Below the pieces are notes generated by a model. It did no database searches, was not told the origin of the DNA, and was given only the letters and a program-made list of their open reading frames with translations. 64,000 nt of DNA from Halorutilales archaeon Cl-col2-1. Its GTDB lineage: Archaea; Halobacteriota; Halobacteria; Halobacteriales; Afararchaeaceae. Position 1 is the stretch's first letter. Each line of letters starts with the position of its first letter. The position numbers were made by a program, and so were the translations under genes. The stretch covers positions 1,536,001-1,600,000 of the forward strand of contig CP169074.1 in assembly GCA_041891055.1 (NCBI GenBank), read 5' to 3'. Of the stretch, positions 10,569 to 24,490 are shown in pieces.

Positions 10569-13061
10569 CTAGAGGCGGCTACCGTCTCCGTCGGTCGCAA
10601 CTTCTCCGACGTCTTCACTGTCAGAGACCGAGATATCCACCGACCCTGAGCCATCCACACCATCACGCAGTTCGAAGTCGTCCATTAGGGATTTGAGGTT
10701 TTCTGCTCTATCAGAGAGTTTAGAGGCGTTTTGGGAGACTTCGTTGAGGGCGGAGGTTTGTTCTTCGGCGGAGGCGGCGACGTTTTCGGACTGTGAGGAG
10801 GTTTCTTCGGAGACGCTGGCGATGTCATCGACCATGGAGACGACTTCTTGAGTTGAGTCGGCTTGGTCGTCAGTAGCGCCAGAGATTTCCTGTACGCCGG
10901 TGTTAGTTTCGTTGACGTTTTCGACGATTTCCTCTAGTGCGTCGACGGCGTCGCTAACAGCGTTGGAGCCGTCGGAGATTCTGTCTTCCATCTCGTTCAT
11001 GTCGTCGACGGCGGTTGAGGTTTGGTTCTGTACTTCGTCGATTATGGACTCGATTTCCTCGGCGGATTCTTTAGTTTCCTCGGCGAGGCTTTTGACCTCG
11101 TTGGCGACGACACCGAAGCCGTCGCCAGCGTCGTCGCCGCCGGAGCCAGCTCTTGCGGCTTCTATGTTGGCGTTGAGGGCGAGAATGTTGGTCTGTTCGG
11201 CGATATCAGTGATGACGTTGACGATATCGCCGATTTCTTTCATCCTGTCGTCGAGAGCTTTGATTTCGTCGGAGGTTTTGTCGGCTTTGGACTCTATGGA
11301 GTTCATTTCGTTGATGGCGTTGGAGGCGGCGTTTTTGCCGGATTCACCGATTTCGGCGGTTTCCTTTGATTTTTGAGCGACGTTGTCCGCCGACGACGCT
11401 ATCTCCTCAATCGTCGCCGAGAGGTCGCTCATTTCGTTAGAGACGTCGTCGAGTTTTTGGTTCTGGCTGTTGGCACCGTCGGCGATTTCCTGAATTGACT
11501 CGGAGACCTGCTGGCTAGCGGTTTTGACCTCTTCGCTTGAGGCAGTGACCTGTTCGCTCGACTCAGCGACTTCGTCGGCGAAGCTACGGATTTCGCTGAT
11601 GACGTTTTCCCAGTCGTTGACCATTGAGTTGAAGCCTTGAGCGATTGAGTTCATGGCGTCACTCTGGCTGTCGGAGTCCATTCTGAGGGTGAGGTCGCCG
11701 TCGGCAACTTTTGACATGACGTTTTCGTACTCCTGGGCTTTGTCTTCGAGATGCTGTCTCATCTCCTCGGCTTCCTTCTTTGCCTCCTCTGCCTCCTCCT
11801 TCTGCGTCTCTGCTTCCTTCTGTGCTTCCTCAGCGTCATCGAGGGCTTCGACTACGTTCTTCTTCATGTCGCTCGTAGCCTCCGTAAGACGTCTCATCTC
11901 GACACTGTAATCCGACCTACGTATGTCGTGGTCGAGCTTTCCGTCGGCGACCTCCGAGGCGTCCTCTGCGAGGTTCTTTATTGGGTTGGCTATACGACGT
12001 GACATGAAGATACCCACGAGAAGTATCGCGAACGCCGAACCTCCGGCTATGAGTATGCTCTGGTTCCGCATATCACGTGACGCAGATAGCATCTGTGATA
12101 CGGGAGCTGCGGCGACAGTGTAATACTCTATTCCGCTCGCGAGTGTCATTCTCTGGTACTCGGCGTGCCACTTCTCGCCGTCACGCGTGTAGCTGAAACT
12201 CCCGCTGTCTCCCGATAGTTCGTCAGCCGGAATTCGTAGATCTCCGGCTATGGACGTGTTGAACTCAAGACTCTCGTCCTCTCCGTGGGCTACGTAAGCC
12301 GCGCCGATCTCCTCGCCCTCCGCGTTTGTGTACGCCGGGTCGACGAGCATCCCATGTCCCCCGCTTATTTCGAGGTTCTTGACGGGCGCTGTGATCTGTT
12401 TTGCCTGGTAGTTAATTATGACGAGCCCGACGCGTTCGCCGTTGACCTCGACGGGAGTTGCGTACCGTATTGCGGGCGAGTCGGTCGCTCTTGCTATGTT
12501 GATCGACGAGACGTAGACGCCGTCGGACTCCGTCTCGTCAGGATCCATCACTTTCTCGAACCAGATTTTGTCGCCCTTATAGTCCTGAGTGTCTTCCTCA
12601 CCGAGTTTATAGCCTGTGAGGACGTTACCGTCCTTCCAGAAGACACGTATCATGTCGATGTTGGGGTTGTCCTCACCGACGTCTTGGAAGAAATCTTGTG
12701 TGTTCTGGTACTCTTGGTTTTCACCGAGTATCTGAGGATAAGCGGTTCCCTGCTCGTACTCGTCGACCTGTGAGCTTATCGTCTCGTTCCCGTATCTGTG
12801 TTCAGCGAGTCTCTGGACGTGGGGGTTCGCGGCGACTACCTTGACCTGTCTCTGGTAGAACTCCGACCTAGTCTTTGCGTTGTCCGAGATTCCGCTGACC
12901 TTCGACTCGTATACTTGGGTAGACTTTGACTCAAGAGCCGTCTCAGCCTCGGTTTCGGTTATGTAGGTTGTAATCCCAAGAGGAACTAGACTACACACTA
13001 GAATAACAGCGACTATCTTGAATCCCAGCCTGTTCGTAATCCCACCGTTTCCATCTGACAT
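10569..13061 (-). CDS. Methyl-accepting chemotaxis transducer (Htr): two TM helices, Cache-like sensor, HAMP domains, MA domain
   Basis: IAEQTNILALNANIEAARAG...GFGVVANEVKSLAE signalling core; two hydrophobic segments flank an extracellular domain. Confidence 0.95.
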   Translation of the reverse strand: MSDGNGGITNRLGFKIVAVILVCSLVPLGITTYITETEAETALESKSTQVYESKVSGISDNAKTRSEFYQRQVKVVAANPHVQRLAEHRYGNETISSQVDEYEQGTAYPQILGENQEYQNTQDFFQDVGEDNPNIDMIRVFWKDGNVLTGYKLGEEDTQDYKGDKIWFEKVMDPDETESDGVYVSSINIARATDSPAIRYATPVEVNGERVGLVIINYQAKQITAPVKNLEISGGHGMLVDPAYTNAEGEEIGAAYVAHGEDESLEFNTSIAGDLRIPADELSGDSGSFSYTRDGEKWHAEYQRMTLASGIEYYTVAAAPVSQMLSASRDMRNQSILIAGGSAFAILLVGIFMSRRIANPIKNLAEDASEVADGKLDHDIRRSDYSVEMRRLTEATSDMKKNVVEALDDAEEAQKEAETQKEEAEEAKKEAEEMRQHLEDKAQEYENVMSKVADGDLTLRMDSDSQSDAMNSIAQGFNSMVNDWENVISEIRSFADEVAESSEQVTASSEEVKTASQQVSESIQEIADGANSQNQKLDDVSNEMSDLSATIEEIASSADNVAQKSKETAEIGESGKNAASNAINEMNSIESKADKTSDEIKALDDRMKEIGDIVNVITDIAEQTNILALNANIEAARAGSGGDDAGDGFGVVANEVKSLAEETKESAEEIESIIDEVQNQTSTAVDDMNEMEDRISDGSNAVSDAVDALEEIVENVNETNTGVQEISGATDDQADSTQEVVSMVDDIASVSEETSSQSENVAASAEEQTSALNEVSQNASKLSDRAENLKSLMDDFELRDGVDGSGSVDISVSDSEDVGEVATDGDGSRL

Positions 13062-13299
13062 TTGGTCTTAGGTGTGCTTACGATTATATAAGTCTTTGTC
13101 TAAGAAACAGGGTCTAATTTGACAAAAACGTCTTTTTCGCACTATAAATGAGTTTTAAGACCAGTTAGGAGACCTCAATTCAAGCCGGATTTTCATACTA
13201 AACACCAGAAATACCCCTATGCTCCAGAAAGCCTGTGAAACTCGGGATTTATCGTGCTAATTCAATTTGGTTCACTCACTCTAAGAACCGTTCGTTCAC

Positions 13300-13384
13300 T
13301 GCGAGGGAAGGGATTCGAACCCTTGGACCTCTTCAGGAGCGGATCTTAAGTCCGCCGCCTTTGGCCAAGCTCGGCAACCCTCGC
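13300..13384 (-). tRNA. tRNA-Leu(TAA)
   Basis: Minus strand GCGAGGG...GCGGA-CT-TAA-GA-TCCGC...GGTTCGAATCCC...CCCTCGCA, with a long variable arm. Confidence 0.95.
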
Positions 13385-13513
13385 TCTAAAACTGAGTTGG
13401 GTTTACAGAACGTAGGCAAACGGCGACAGTATCATCGCGAGAGCGAAGAGTATAGCGATTATCTTCTTCATGTCTATATCTACGTCCATACCCGAGATTA
13501 TCGTTACAGAGTG

Positions 13514-14479
13514 TTAACCCTTCTGTTTGAGGAGGAGTCTCTTGAGTACTGACTTCTGGACGTGCATCCTGTTCTCTGCCTGTCTCCAGATCACGGAGTG
13601 GTCGCCGTCCATGACCTCGTCAGTGACCTCTTCTCCTCTGTGTGCGGGAAGGCAGTGCATGAAGATGTAGTCGTCGGCGGCGTCTTCGAGTAGATCCGAG
13701 TTTACTTGGAATCCATCGAACTTCTCCAGCTTCTCCTCGCGGTTGTCATCGCCCATGCTTACCCACGCGTCAGTGTAGATTACATCCGCGTCCTTTACAG
13801 CTTTCGACGGATCGTGACTCAGATGGATCTTACTTCCCGATTCCTCCGCGAAAGACTGTGAGTCATCTACGGTCTCCGAGTCGGGTTCAAGACCCTCTGG
13901 CGTAGCGACACTCATGTCGGCGCCGAGCTTAGACGACGCGTGGAGGAGTGAGTGACAGACATTGTTTCCGTCGCCCACCCAGGCTATCTCGACTTCTTCT
14001 ATGTCTCCTTTCATCTCCTGTATAGTGAAGAAGTCGGCGAGTGCCTGGCAAGGATGGTTGTAGTCGCTCAGACCGTTTATTACGGGAACATCGGCGTGTT
14101 CGGCGAGTTCGAGGACGTCGCCGTGGTCGTGTACACGCGCCATTATGCCGTCGACGTATCCCGAGAGCGCGCGCGCAGTGTCGGCTACTGTCTCGCCACG
14201 TCTGAGCTGTATGTCGTTCTCTGAGAGGTATACGGCGTGTCCGCCTAGCTGTGTCATTCCGGTCTCGAATGAGACACGTGTCCTTGTGGAGGGCTTCTGG
14301 AAGATCATTCCGAGGCTTCTGTCGCCGAGAGGAGGATGGGGATGTCCGTCCATCTCCTCGTACTGGCTCTTCATGCGTCGGGCTTCGTCGAGAAGATATC
14401 TTAACGTGCGGCGTGAGACTGAGTCGAGACCTATGAAATCAGTCAGGCTCGAACGTGAGTCCGAAGATGACGTCGACAT
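13514..14479 (-). CDS. argF: Ornithine carbamoyltransferase
   Basis: PSTRTRVSF, HPCQALAD, WVGDGNNV, SMG, HCLP. Confidence 0.97.
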   Translation of the reverse strand: MSTSSSDSRSSLTDFIGLDSVSRRTLRYLLDEARRMKSQYEEMDGHPHPPLGDRSLGMIFQKPSTRTRVSFETGMTQLGGHAVYLSENDIQLRRGETVADTARALSGYVDGIMARVHDHGDVLELAEHADVPVINGLSDYNHPCQALADFFTIQEMKGDIEEVEIAWVGDGNNVCHSLLHASSKLGADMSVATPEGLEPDSETVDDSQSFAEESGSKIHLSHDPSKAVKDADVIYTDAWVSMGDDNREEKLEKFDGFQVNSDLLEDAADDYIFMHCLPAHRGEEVTDEVMDGDHSVIWRQAENRMHVQKSVLKRLLLKQKG

Positions 14480-14569
14480 GGTATGTTATGACGAACCTCA
14501 GTCATTAAAAAGTATACGAACCAGGGCGCACGACGCAAGCCTTTTGGTTACTAAATGCAAAGTTCGAGT

Positions 14570-14935
14570 ATGTCCGAAGCTGAATCCGGAGATGATTCCG
14601 AAGCTGGGTCCGAGTCCGAATCCGAGGTCACAGAGGACGAGGTACTCGATGCTCTCAGAGAGGTTCACGACCCCGAGATACCCGTAAATGTCGTCGATCT
14701 CGGTCTGATATACGAGATGGAGATAGACGACGGACACATCGACATAGACATGACACTCACGAGTATGGGATGTCCGACTGCGGACGCAATCGTGCGTGAC
14801 GTAGAGCTTACAGCAGAACAGGTCGATGGTGTCGAAGAGGTCGACGTCGAGCTCGTCTGGCAGCCTCCTTGGACTCCCGAGAAGGTCTCCGACGACGCGA
14901 AGAAACAGCTCAGAGCGATGGGTATCAACGTATAG
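14570..14935 (+). CDS. DUF59/SufT-like metal-sulfur cluster assembly factor
   Basis: DPEIPVNVVDLGLIY, MTLTSMGCP, WQPPW. Confidence 0.9.
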   Translation: MSEAESGDDSEAGSESESEVTEDEVLDALREVHDPEIPVNVVDLGLIYEMEIDDGHIDIDMTLTSMGCPTADAIVRDVELTAEQVDGVEEVDVELVWQPPWTPEKVSDDAKKQLRAMGINV

Positions 14936-14946
14936 AGTAGACAGAC

Positions 14947-15321
14947 GTGAGTCCTGAGATAGACTCGGACACACACGTCGGTGTCTCGTACGAGGATCTC
15001 CAACGTCTCGAAGACGAGGGTGAGGCTCTCCGCTTTCTCAAAAGTAGAGCCGAAGAGATCGGTGTCCTCAGCGACTCGGCGGAGACGTACGTCATAAAAG
15101 ACCTCGGAAGGAAACACGACGTACATATAGACTTCTACTCGCTTCCCGGAAAGCTCGACTGTCTCCAGAGGTCGAAGAAGGAGGACCATCCGCCCGAGAC
15201 GGAGTACGTCTACATAGGCTCGGGGAAGAGAGACGAGGTAATAGCAGACAGAGCCGGCTGGGAGTACGTCGAACTCGAAGACGTTGCACGAGAGTTCGGA
15301 TGGGAGCTTTCTGACGACTGA
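14947..15321 (+). CDS. Conserved haloarchaeal protein (DUF7124-like, degenerate HAD-like), paralog 1
   Basis: IGVLS...HIDFYS..GKL...YVYIG...DEVIADRAGWEY...GWEL. Confidence 0.65.
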   Translation: MSPEIDSDTHVGVSYEDLQRLEDEGEALRFLKSRAEEIGVLSDSAETYVIKDLGRKHDVHIDFYSLPGKLDCLQRSKKEDHPPETEYVYIGSGKRDEVIADRAGWEYVELEDVAREFGWELSDD

Positions 15322-15345
15322 TTTAAGTAAGGATACTATGTCCCT

Positions 15346-15768
15346 CTATTTCTCTGAGCCACTCAGATCCCAGCTACCCCTCTCGGCGGCTTCCTCGACG
15401 TCGGTGTACTCCCATCCTGCCTTCTCGGCTACGGCTTCGTCCCTTCTCGAAGCACCGACGAAGACGTAACGGTCGGAGTCGAACCGTCCTCTCTCCTTCG
15501 TCTTCTGTAGAGTCTGTAACTTGCCACCCTCGTCGGAGAAGAAGTCTATGTGTATGTCACGACTCGTGCAGAAGCCGTTTACAACGTGTTTGGGCTTCGA
15601 ACTCACTATTCCGACGTGGTCGGTCCAGTCCGAGATCGAGTCAAAGACCTCGTTCGGCTTACGGAGCCTGTCGACGACACCCTCGAACGAGAGAGCGAGA
15701 CAGACATCTTCGTCTTGGTTCTCTCCATCTCTGTCTCCGTCTCTGTCTCCGTCTTTATCGACTGACAT
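15346..15768 (-). CDS. Conserved haloarchaeal protein (DUF7124-like), paralog 2
   Basis: VGIVS...HIDFFS..GKL...YVFVG...DEAVAEKAGWEY. Start moved to the ATG at 15768. Confidence 0.7.
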   Translation of the reverse strand: MSVDKDGDRDGDRDGENQDEDVCLALSFEGVVDRLRKPNEVFDSISDWTDHVGIVSSKPKHVVNGFCTSRDIHIDFFSDEGGKLQTLQKTKERGRFDSDRYVFVGASRRDEAVAEKAGWEYTDVEEAAERGSWDLSGSEK

Positions 15769-15858
15769 AGAGCTTACACAGAGTCGGAGTCGGTGAAGTA
15801 TACGTCTTCTGATCCGGAAGACGTATCCGTGAGATCGAAGTATATCCTCCAGATTTCG

Positions 15859-17199
15859 ATGGACGACTCTGACTCTGATTCCGACGAAGACAAGGACTTC
15901 TCGCCGACTCAGAGAGACGATCCCGGGACTGAGACTGAGATCGAGACAGGCGACTCCGAGGGAGAGGTCTTCCTCGTCGGAACTGCCCACGTCTCACGCG
16001 AGAGCGTTGAGAGGGTGCGCGAGTCGATAGAGAAGGAGGAACCCGACGTAGTCGCTGTCGAACTCGACGAGAGGAGGTACCTGTCTATGAAGGGCGAGAA
16101 CGACGAGAGCCTCGACCCTCGTGACCTACTTCAGGGATTCGAGATATTCGTCTACTGGCTTCTCTCTTTCATACAGACACGTCTCGGCGAGAGGTTCGGA
16201 ATAGAGCCGGGTGCTGACATGATGGAGGCAGTCGAGACGGCAGAGGAGAACGGTATTCCCGTCGCACTCGTAGACAGGGACATACAGATCACAGTCAAAC
16301 GTCTCTGGTCGAGGATGACTTTTTTAGAGAAGATCAAGTTCTTCGGCGCACTCATCGCAGGCATCTTGGGATTCGGAGGCGGAGAAGAGATAGATGTCGA
16401 GGAGATAGCCAAGGGCGACATGGTTCACAGTCTAATGGAGGAGTTCCGTGAGTTCTCCCCCCGAGGTGCGGAGGCACTCATAGACGAACGTGACGCCTAC
16501 ATAGCCTCGAACCTCGTCGATCTCAGAGACCAAGGACATAAGGTAGTCGCCGTGATAGGAGCGGGACACAAGCCGGGCATAGAGAGATACCTCGAAGACC
16601 CCGACAGCATACCCGACGTTCCCGAGACAGTCGACTCGGGCGGTGGCTTACTCCCGTTCTCCTTCTCGCCGTTCAAGGCAGTCGGATACCTCATAAGCGG
16701 CTTCGTGATTCTGATGTTCGTCCTTCTCTTCATGGCGGGAGCCTCTAACGCACTCCTCGCACGTCTCTTCGTCTACTGGTTCGCCATAAACGGTGTCCTG
16801 TCGTTCGCGGGGGCTCTCATAGCAGGCGGACGTCTGACGAGTGCCCTCACCGGAGGACTCGTGGCGTGGATGACCTCGATAAATCCCGCGCTTGCCCCCG
16901 GCTGGTTCGCGGGATACGTCGAGCTACGTTACACAGACGTGAGTGCGCGCGACATAACAAGCATAAACGAGACACTCAACGACACGACTCTTACTTTACG
17001 TGAGGTATTCTCCGACATCTACGACATTCCCACATTCCGACTCTTCCTCGTAGTTGCACTCACTAATGTCGGGAGCATAGTCGGAACAGCACTCTTCGTC
17101 TTCGTTCTTCTACCCTACCTGGGAACTGACGTCGACATGGCGCGCCTACTCTCGCGCGGGCTCGCCAACAGCTGGGACAGTCTGACGTCTCTTTTCTGA
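15859..17199 (+). CDS. TraB/PrgY (GumN) family membrane protein
   Basis: LVGTAHVS, VAVELD, LVDRDIQIT, LIDERD, GAGH and C-terminal TM helices. Confidence 0.92.
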   Translation: MDDSDSDSDEDKDFSPTQRDDPGTETEIETGDSEGEVFLVGTAHVSRESVERVRESIEKEEPDVVAVELDERRYLSMKGENDESLDPRDLLQGFEIFVYWLLSFIQTRLGERFGIEPGADMMEAVETAEENGIPVALVDRDIQITVKRLWSRMTFLEKIKFFGALIAGILGFGGGEEIDVEEIAKGDMVHSLMEEFREFSPRGAEALIDERDAYIASNLVDLRDQGHKVVAVIGAGHKPGIERYLEDPDSIPDVPETVDSGGGLLPFSFSPFKAVGYLISGFVILMFVLLFMAGASNALLARLFVYWFAINGVLSFAGALIAGGRLTSALTGGLVAWMTSINPALAPGWFAGYVELRYTDVSARDITSINETLNDTTLTLREVFSDIYDIPTFRLFLVVALTNVGSIVGTALFVFVLLPYLGTDVDMARLLSRGLANSWDSLTSLF

Positions 17200-17304
17200 A
17201 CTCCTCGCTTCGATCTATCACGGTTCTTCACACGATTTTATATCTAAACTAAATGTCTTTCCATGTAAAGGCGGGATGGCAATCCCTATCACTGCGGGCG
17301 ATTT

Positions 17305-17777
17305 TGGCAACCCTTAACTTTACCCCCGTAATACAAAGAAATGCGAAGCGCGGTGGAGGAGGACGCGACGGACGCCTTCTCCTGCCACCGCTCGCATATC
17401 GTGACAGATAACCGACATGTTTATGTGGGTACACGGTATGCGTTAAAGTACGGAAGACGTGACGGAGGTGTTCCTGGTCTTCGGGAGCGCCCCACTGGGA
17501 ACCGATGTGTTTAAGTACACATCTTCCCAATGTTCAAATCCGCACTAAGATGGGAACGTTCGGTTCCCATCCGCGTATGGACGTGGATCAAAGCCTTTAA
17601 GTCCATACGTGATGTACGATAAGATCCGAAGGACATGAGGGTCTGACCCCTGCGGAACTCCGTAAGATCGGATCTGAGGTTAGCTCTGGTAGTTCGGTGA
17701 TATCCGACAGGTGTCGGTTCACCGGGCTCCAGTTCTTACTGGAATCCCGCCAGCCTCCCTGCCCTTGAGGCAGGGAA
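17305..17777 (+). promoter_or_regulatory. rRNA operon leader with tandem TATA promoters and the 5' strand of the 16S processing stem
   Basis: TATA-like boxes near 17313, 17420, 17510 and 17596. GGTTAGCTCTGGTAGTTC...TCCGACAGGTGTC (about 17678-17715) is complementary to about 19291-19327, forming a bulge-helix-bulge stem. Confidence 0.75.
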
Positions 17778-19248
<1,471 letters not shown>

Positions 19249-19354
19249 AACGATCGCGACCCTGTAACAGGGGCGCACCTTATACACAAGACACCTGTCG
19301 GACACCTAAGAACTACCAGAGCTAACCGACCTATCATAGGTCGACATTCGGTCA

Positions 19355-19426
19355 GGGCTCATAGCTCAGCGGCAGAGCGCCGCCTTTGCAAGGCGGAGGC
19401 CGAGGGTTCAAATCCCTCTGAGTCCA
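19355..19426 (+). tRNA. tRNA-Ala(TGC) in the 16S-23S spacer
   Basis: GGGCTCATAGCTCAG...CCGCC-TT-TGC-AA-GGCGG...TTCAAATCC...TGAGTCCA. Confidence 0.97.
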
Positions 19427-19633
19427 TCAACGCCACTGCGGCGAGTTTGAAACGTTGCCCTTATATGGGGCAACGTACAAGCAAAAACGCAGACATCGAT
19501 GCACCGCTCCGTGAAAGCGCGGGCGGGAAGGGTGGATGCGCTTACCGTGATGCTCCACGGGAGTGCTATGAAGCTGTGTGTAAACGCAACCCAGACGCAC
19601 ACTGGATTTGTAGGAACGAGAGGAATTCGTTTT

Positions 19634-22522
<2,889 letters not shown>

Positions 22523-22617
22523 TTATTCCCTCTCTCCTACAGATCCAGGCGTAAACTGGGTTGCGTTTACACACAGCTATTCCACTGAGCTTCGGGTTCA
22601 TAGCCTGAGTTCAGCTT

Positions 22618-22739
22618 TAAGGCGGCCATAGAGGAGGGGTTCCTCCCGTACCCATTCCGAACACGGAAGATAAGCCCTCCCTCGTACCACTGAGTACTGG
22701 AGTGCGCGAGCCTCCGGAAAAAGCGGTTCGCCGCTGCTA
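22618..22739 (+). rRNA. rrf: 5S rRNA
   Basis: GGCGGCCATAG...CCCGTACCCATTCCGAACACGGAAGATAAGCC...TCGCCGC. Confidence 0.97.
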
Positions 22740-22792
22740 CTTATACTCGTTATACTTACACTGTACTTATTCTCTTAGTGGCTACGCTGTAA

Positions 22793-23341
22793 CTACCAGT
22801 CTTCGACGGTTAACGACTTGTTGCCGTCGTCGGTAGTCACTACTCCGTCGATACTCTCGAATGCGTCGTAGAGACGGTCGTAGGTCTCGTCGATAGCCTC
22901 GACTATGACCTTAGTGTCGCTAGTCGCAGGCATGAAGTTGGTGTCACCTTTCCACCGTGGAACCACGTGTGTGTGTAGATGGTCGTCTATCGACCCACCG
23001 CTTCCGTGTCCGAGGTTGAGACCCGTGTTGAAGCCGTCGGGGTCTAAGCCTTCTCTCACAGCCTCGAAGGTCAGCTGTTTGAGTCTCGCGTGGTCACGCA
23101 GAACCCCGTCTCTCAGATCCTCGTACTCACCCGTGTGTTGGCGTGGAACTACCATGAGATGTCCCGGGTTGTAGGGGTAGTTGTTGAGAATGACAAAGGA
23201 GTGTTCGCTTCTCACAAGTATGAGGTTCTCGCGGTCGTCTTCCATCTCGGGGAGTTCACAGAAGACACAGCCGTCTATCTCGTCGTTCTTGTCGTCGCGT
23301 TCTATCCAGTCTATCCTCCACGGCGCGAATATCTGATCCAT
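22793..23341 (-). CDS. HIT-family nucleotide hydrolase/phosphorylase (Ap4A phosphorylase-like)
   Basis: FAPWR, CVFC, YPYNPGHLMVVP, HLHTHVVPRW. Start at MDQIFAPWR. Confidence 0.92.
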   Translation of the reverse strand: MDQIFAPWRIDWIERDDKNDEIDGCVFCELPEMEDDRENLILVRSEHSFVILNNYPYNPGHLMVVPRQHTGEYEDLRDGVLRDHARLKQLTFEAVREGLDPDGFNTGLNLGHGSGGSIDDHLHTHVVPRWKGDTNFMPATSDTKVIVEAIDETYDRLYDAFESIDGVVTTDDGNKSLTVEDW

Positions 23342-23345
23342 ACAG

Positions 23346-24395
23346 TCAGTATGGCGTCGATGTCGTATGAATATACTCCTCAATCTCCGATGGCTCGAAT
23401 ACTCCATCCTCGGTCACGACTGCGTCGACGAGCTCACCGGGTGTTCTGTCGAAGGCGGGGTTGTATACGTCGACGTCCTCAGGTGCGTTCTGTGTCCCGT
23501 AGATATAACGAAGCTCGTCCGGGTTGCGTTTCTCTATCTCGACGTCTTCTGCGTCTGTCTCCGTGTCTATCGTAGATGTCGGCGCGGCGACGTAGAAGGG
23601 GACGTCGTGTCTGTCGGCGATTACTGCGTGTTTGTACGTCCCTATCTTGTTGAAGACTGTTGTGTCGCCTCTCGCTGTAATCCTGTCGGCACCCACTACT
23701 ACGGCGTCGACGCGTCCCTCCTGGATAGCGAGACCGCTCGCGTTGTCAGGTATAAGACAGACTCCGACTCCTCTCTCTTCGAGTTCGACGGTCGTGATAC
23801 GTGACCCCTGGTTGAGGGGGCGCGTCTCGTTTGCTATGACATCGACTTCCTTACCCTCATCGTGTGCCGAGTAGACTACCCCGAGAGCGGTTCCCCAGTC
23901 GACTGTCGCGAGAGCACCAGCGTTACAGTGAGTCATCACAGTGTCACCGTCGTCTAATAGCTCCGCGCCGTTCCGTCCTATCTGCTTGTTAGTCTCGATG
24001 TCGTCGTCAGCGATACGCTTAGAGACATCCACGGCGTTTTCTACTGCGTCTTCGACTGAGTCGGCGTCCTCGACAACCTTGAGTACCTTGTCGACGCCCT
24101 TGGAGAGGTTGACAGCCGTAGGTCTCGCATCCGAGATCCTGCCTGCGTCATTTCTTACCTTCCGCTTGAACCCTTCGATGTCTCTGTCTTCCCCTTCCCG
24201 TCTCGTCGCCGAAAGAGCCACTCCGAATCCGCCTGCGGCACCGAGTGCGGGCGCGCCTCTCACACGCAGAATTTCTATGCTTTCGACGAGTTCGTCGACG
24301 GTCTCTGCGTAGTACTCCGTGTACTTGCCCGGAAGCTGCGTCTGGTCGACCATCTTGACGCAGTCTCTCTCGTCGTTCCAGTCAATTGTTCTCAT
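23346..24395 (-). CDS. mtnA: Methylthioribose-1-phosphate isomerase
   Basis: VRGAPA, RPTAVNL, THCNAGALAT, ETRPLNQGSR, NKIGTY, YNPAFD. Confidence 0.93.
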   Translation of the reverse strand: MRTIDWNDERDCVKMVDQTQLPGKYTEYYAETVDELVESIEILRVRGAPALGAAGGFGVALSATRREGEDRDIEGFKRKVRNDAGRISDARPTAVNLSKGVDKVLKVVEDADSVEDAVENAVDVSKRIADDDIETNKQIGRNGAELLDDGDTVMTHCNAGALATVDWGTALGVVYSAHDEGKEVDVIANETRPLNQGSRITTVELEERGVGVCLIPDNASGLAIQEGRVDAVVVGADRITARGDTTVFNKIGTYKHAVIADRHDVPFYVAAPTSTIDTETDAEDVEIEKRNPDELRYIYGTQNAPEDVDVYNPAFDRTPGELVDAVVTEDGVFEPSEIEEYIHTTSTPY

Positions 24396-24490
24396 GGATG
24401 GTTTTCCTCGGCGTACCTACATCAAGTTAACGTGACGTGACATGACACGAACCGCTAATCCGAAGTTAGACCACCGAGAAGTAGAACACA

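Noticed and set aside
13130-13290. Possible replication origin in the AT-rich spacer
   Set aside because: No repeated ORB elements with G-strings and no orc1/cdc6 gene.
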